Shown here: positions 60,117-64,000 of the stretch, piece after piece
How the letters are laid out: each line of letters starts with the position of its first letter
How positions within the stretch are numbered: position 1 is the stretch's first letter
From: Entomortierella parvispora E1425
Taxonomy: Eukaryota > Fungi > Mortierellomycota
Direction of reading: 5' to 3'
Assembly (NCBI GenBank): GCA_020891255.1
Contig: BQFW01000002.1
Location: 3,472,001 to 3,536,000 of the forward strand
Length of the DNA stretch: 64,000 nt
The notes under the pieces: generated by a model
What the model was told of the DNA's origin: nothing
Database searches by the model: none
Seen by the model: the letters and a program-made list of their open reading frames with translations, nothing else
Made by a program: the position numbers and the translations under genes

Positions 60117-61457
60117 ACCTCTTTGTTCTTTTCTCCCTCTCTCATCGTCCCTGTCACGAGACTTTTCTGATCGGGGCGGCCATTGCTCGCAGGAAGTGGG
60201 GCCATTGAAAAGAAAAGAAAAAATCAAAACAAACAACAAAACAAAGGGTAGCGGCCCCCTGTCAATCATGCAATTCTCTAATTGCGCTCTTGTTCTGATT
60301 GACACGGGTACCTTCTGCGGGATGTTTCCGGTTTTTTTTTATGCTCCAACAAGGGACGATCGGTGGGTTGTCAAACACGCTCGATCTACCACACCTTTGT
60401 CTTTGGGTCTTTGAGTTGAAATAAATGCAATTCGATCTGAGCCAAAAAGGCAAAGTCAAAGAGATCCAAAAGACACGGAACTTGTGTAATTAGTCCATTC
60501 CCCCCGTGCATCGCCACCTTGAATGCGATTTTTTTGTGGAGACAAGGAGAAATTGGTGTGGTCATCTTCTCCCCTCATTTGGTCTTGACTGTCGCCTTAC
60601 TCCAAAACTCGAGAACGCAAGGTCCAAAAAGCACGGTTGCGGAGCTGGGCGAAGGCTGTGGGACGTGATGGGACGTGATGGGAAGGGGATGGACGGACAA
60701 ACAAAAAAGAAAAAAGATTAATGCAAAAAAAAAAAAAAAAAAAGAAAACAAATTCTTGTGTCCCTTGCTGGCTTTGTTGGTGCCACACGTCGTGTCCACG
60801 ATGCTGAGCAGACGATTGAAGCGAAACGGTCGCCAAACACAAGAACAAACGGGGGGCAAACATACCATTGTTTACCGTCTGTCTGTCTGTCTTGTCCGTC
60901 TGCCCGCTCTGACTTTACATGGCTCCAAACAGAGCTGAGCATTGCATTTTGCACAGTTGACCTCTTTTTTCTTTTTGATTGTCCCCTGTTGCATGCTTCG
61001 CCAGTTGCGCCCTCCCTTGCCTCTTTTGTGCTCCCCTTCTTCTTTCTTTTTCCTTTTCTTCTCTTCCTCATCACCCACCTCTTTCTTGTCCCATTCCATT
61101 CCTCATCGAGTCCATCCCTGTCCATTCCTACGAGTGCATCCTCTCCCTCGCATCCCCACATCCCACCACCCCTTTTTGCTCGCATTTCAGGTACGCATCC
61201 AGCATGGAAACGCGTCAGTCGTGACTCCGCAACCCTGACGCGTCCCCCTTTTTTTTTGGTTCCTTCTTTGACCCCATTCAGAGTCGATCGCAGAAGCAAG
61301 AAAAAAAAACAAACAAAACAAACAAACACTGAATGCTCATGCTGAATCTCTTCATCTTTCCTCCAGATCCCACCGCCATTTTCAACAGCCCTCCACCCCA
61401 ACAAAAAAGAAAGAGACAGACAAAAAAAAAGGAAGCAAAACCTCCCCTATAGACGCA

Positions 61458-64000
61458 ATGCCACTCCCGCTTTCGCACTCGAGGAAAAATACCGCCTCCG
61501 TGGCAGCAACCATGAAGACATCAACAACCCCTGGCAAGGCAGCCGGATCAACACAAAGGCAGGATCCAGCAACAGTAACGGCAGCAGGGTCATCACCCAA
61601 TACCACAGCACCCGCAGTTGGCTTAGTCTACACCACAGCAGCAGCAGGAACCCCTTCAGGGTCTTTCTCGGCTTCAAACTCGAGCCCATTCTCATCCGTG
61701 GCCCCTCCGAGTACTGTTGTCGCCTTGATAATCCCGGAAATCCTCGAGCTGGTCTTGCTGCATGTTCTAAAGTTCCAATCCTCATCTTGTTACCATGTCG
61801 GCCGCCAAACCACCAACATCACCACGATTCTGGCAACGAAAGGACGTATTCAGAACTACATACCCCCCATATCCTTGACCTTGTCCCCACATGCCAAGGC
61901 ACTGACGCCCTCACCTCCGCCTTCTTGCTCAAACACCTTCACTCCCAAGCCCCTATCGATTGATATCCAGTGCCAGGTCCAAGCCCAGAGACCGGAATCG
62001 AACCATCTAGCCTTCTTGAGAGTCTGTCGACATTGGTATGAGGTCGGGGAACCCTTGATCTGGAGAGATGTCAAGTGGTCAGATTCCCAGTCGAGGCAGG
62101 TTCATGAGCAGATCTGGCGTCAATGGCCTCGCGTGCGCCGGCTTGAATTCGAATATGGGAAACGGACCACGGACATGGAAACACGGGCTTCTCCTCCTCA
62201 ACTCCATCTCGCCCTTCCTCTTCCTCCTCTTCCTCCTCCTCCTCCTGCTCTTGGCGGTGGCGGTGGTCTCGGGGCTGGGGCTGGGGCTGGAGCCGCTGCT
62301 ACGTCTCTTCCTCTGAATGCACCAGTTACTGCCACACCGAATGCTGCTGCTGTTGTTGCTATTGTTGCTGGAGGTGGTGGAGGCGGAGTAGCTGCGTCTA
62401 GAGCTCCGTCTCCTGCTCCAGGAAGGCCTTCTGGTGGGTCGTCTAGAATGAGAAATCTCCTCGCGGGCAACACCAACAATAACGGATCAGGATTTGGAGG
62501 TGGTTCTTCAGGGGCGACCGCAGCAGGATCCACTTCAGTATCAGGAGCGGGAGCAGAATCACTCTTGCCCGCCTCGACGTGGAGTACAGGCCTCCTGTCT
62601 ATAGAGCCAGGGCGGCCAAATATAGCTCTCAGAGACGCATTGAATGATTTGGCGACGGCGTTGTCCAAACCACCACTGGAATCAAGGTCAAAGGAGCAGG
62701 AGAGACAAGTACATGGACAACGACAGGAACAGCAACAAAATCGACACATAATACCACATGGCCAAAACAACTCGTCGTCGTCTTCACGTTTTAATATGTC
62801 TATTCCACTACGATTGCAGGAACCGAGGTCAGAGGCAGGACAGCCGATTCGTCCTCTCCCCCGCCTAGGAGCTCCACTATTGTTCCTGCCCGTATGTCCT
62901 CAACTGACTAGTCTAACATTGACAGGATTCTTTCGACTGGAGACATTTCTGGAATCGATTTTACCTTTCGTACCAGAACTACGGTCCTTGGATATATCGC
63001 TACGCAGCTATGAAATGAGGGACGAAATTCGACTGGACAAGGTACTGATGACGTGTCCGAAACTCCAATACTTGTCTGTGGACAAAAATATGATTGGGCG
63101 AGTTGGATTTGCAGGAGATCAACTTCCCTTGACCATCTTTGAGGAAGAATCCGAGTCATGGTCGATCGACGACAGCTGGAAGGCGCAAAAGGGGACCTCG
63201 TCAGGTGACGGATTAGAGGGGAAGGATGAGGAGGAGGAAGAGAGTGATGACGAAGTGGACGACGAAATATACGCAGGAACAGAGTGGCACCGACGTTTTG
63301 CGAAGGAGATTGTCAACCCTCGGAACGTGGATCCAACCCTGAATTCCGACTCAGACACTAATACTGCTAGAAAAGATGGTAATTCTCAGGCGATTCCTGG
63401 AGTCAAGGGCGACCTTCAACCTCAAGCATCTGCCAAGGCTAATTATCGTCGACTGCTAAAACAACAGAGGCAACTGAGACGACAGCGACCGTTGGCTTTG
63501 AAGACACTGAAGCTCAAAAAACTGCGGATGTCAGAACAGGATTTCCTTTCGCTAGTGCACCGCTGTCCGTTACTGGAGGAGATGGGCGTGTGCACCACAA
63601 CCGCTTGGAGCTGGTCACCTAGGTTCCTGGAGAGTGTCTCTAGGTCCTGCCCCAGGATCAGACATTTGCATTTGGCCACCAGCCACACCATCCCTCTGGA
63701 GACCGCGGATAATGGTGCAGTAACACAACACGGGATCGTCATTTTGAACAACAATAATGTTGAAGCAACAGCGGCACTTACGAATGTAACCCAGGAATCA
63801 GTATTGGGAGGTCTCAACAACCCTGGGCATCTTCCATTTCTTCACCCTCATCTGGCACAGGATCACCAGTATCAAAGCACATCTCAGACTGCGATAGCAG
63901 CGGCGGCAGCTCTGGAAGAACAGCACCAGCAACGACTTCGAGAAGTCTACGACCCTATCATTGGTTTGATTAAACTCTACCCGGATCTAATTTCTTATGA
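61458..64000 (+). CDS. F-box / LRR (RNI-like) protein, 5' partial (runs off the right edge)
   Basis: Absent from the ORF track because no stop is reached. From ATG 61458 (MPLPLSHSRK) it contains ALIIPEILELVLLHV and LRVCRHWYEVGEPLIWRDV (F-box halves), then CPQLTSLTL, VPELRSLDI, CPKLQYLSV, CPLLEEM and CPRIRHLHL (LRR-like). I translated it open to about 63690; the last ~300 nt were not checked. Confidence 0.82.
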   Translation, partial: MPLPLSHSRKNTASVAATMKTSTTPGKAAGSTQRQDPATVTAAGSSPNTTAPAVGLVYTTAAAGTPSGSFSASNSSPFSSVAPPSTVVALIIPEILELVLLHVLKFQSSSCYHVGRQTTNITTILATKGRIQNYIPPISLTLSPHAKALTPSPPPSCSNTFTPKPLSIDIQCQVQAQRPESNHLAFLRVCRHWYEVGEPLIWRDVKWSDSQSRQVHEQIWRQWPRVRRLEFEYGKRTTDMETRASPPQLHLALPLPPLPPPPPALGGGGGLGAGAGAGAAATSLPLNAPVTATPNAAAVVAIVAGGGGGGVAASRAPSPAPGRPSGGSSRMRNLLAGNTNNNGSGFGGGSSGATAAGSTSVSGAGAESLLPASTWSTGLLSIEPGRPNIALRDALNDLATALSKPPLESRSKEQERQVHGQRQEQQQNRHIIPHGQNNSSSSSRFNMSIPLRLQEPRSEAGQPIRPLPRLGAPLLFLPVCPQLTSLTLTGFFRLETFLESILPFVPELRSLDISLRSYEMRDEIRLDKVLMTCPKLQYLSVDKNMIGRVGFAGDQLPLTIFEEESESWSIDDSWKAQKGTSSGDGLEGKDEEEEESDDEVDDEIYAGTEWHRRFAKEIVNPRNVDPTLNSDSDTNTARKDGNSQAIPGVKGDLQPQASAKANYRRLLKQQRQLRRQRPLALKTLKLKKLRMSEQDFLSLVHRCPLLEEMGVCTTTAWSWSPRFLESVSRSCPRIRHLHLATSHTIPLETADNGAVTQHGIVILNNNNVEATAALTNVTQESVLGGLNNPGHLPFLHPHLAQDHQYQSTSQTAIAAAAALEEQHQQRLREVYDPIIGLIKLYPDLISY

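Noticed and set aside
1-64000. CRISPR arrays, rRNA, LTR elements, DNA transposons
   Set aside because: I saw no repeat-spacer arrays, rRNA-like sequence, LTR pairs, or integrase or transposase motifs.

Overview
Eukaryotic, intron-containing fungal genomic DNA. Introns are mostly 80-100 nt GT-AG. The gene families (kelch-TM, F-box/LRR, AA11-like LPMO, Frizzled-like GPCR) suggest an early-diverging fungus, probably Mortierellaceae-like (inference). About 13 host genes were reconstructed by hand: the first exon of CDC37, two low-complexity hypothetical proteins, an AA11-like LPMO, TFIIIC subunit TFC4, a type II P-type ATPase with an EF-hand-like N-terminal extension, a GPI-type surface protein, an MFS monocarboxylate transporter, a Frizzled/Smoothened-like 7TM receptor with a CRD, a kelch single-pass membrane protein, a WD40 protein, a very large RasGEF and a partial F-box/LRR protein. 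The main feature is a full-length, apparently intact 9.8 kb non-LTR retrotransposon (9291-19093, minus strand). It has a perfect 19 bp TSD, a 29 nt poly(A), ORF1 (RRMs and zinc knuckle) and an unusually long 2323 aa ORF2 (APE-RT-large insert-RNase H-zinc finger). It sits head-to-head about 90-110 bp upstream of a degenerate tRNA-like A-box/B-box element, which itself lies in the upstream region of the TFIIIC gene TFC4. This suggests a Pol III/TFIIIC-site-targeted LINE and a possible TFIIIC autoregulatory site; both are hypotheses from a single locus. All exon structures and motif calls are by eye, and no database searches were run.
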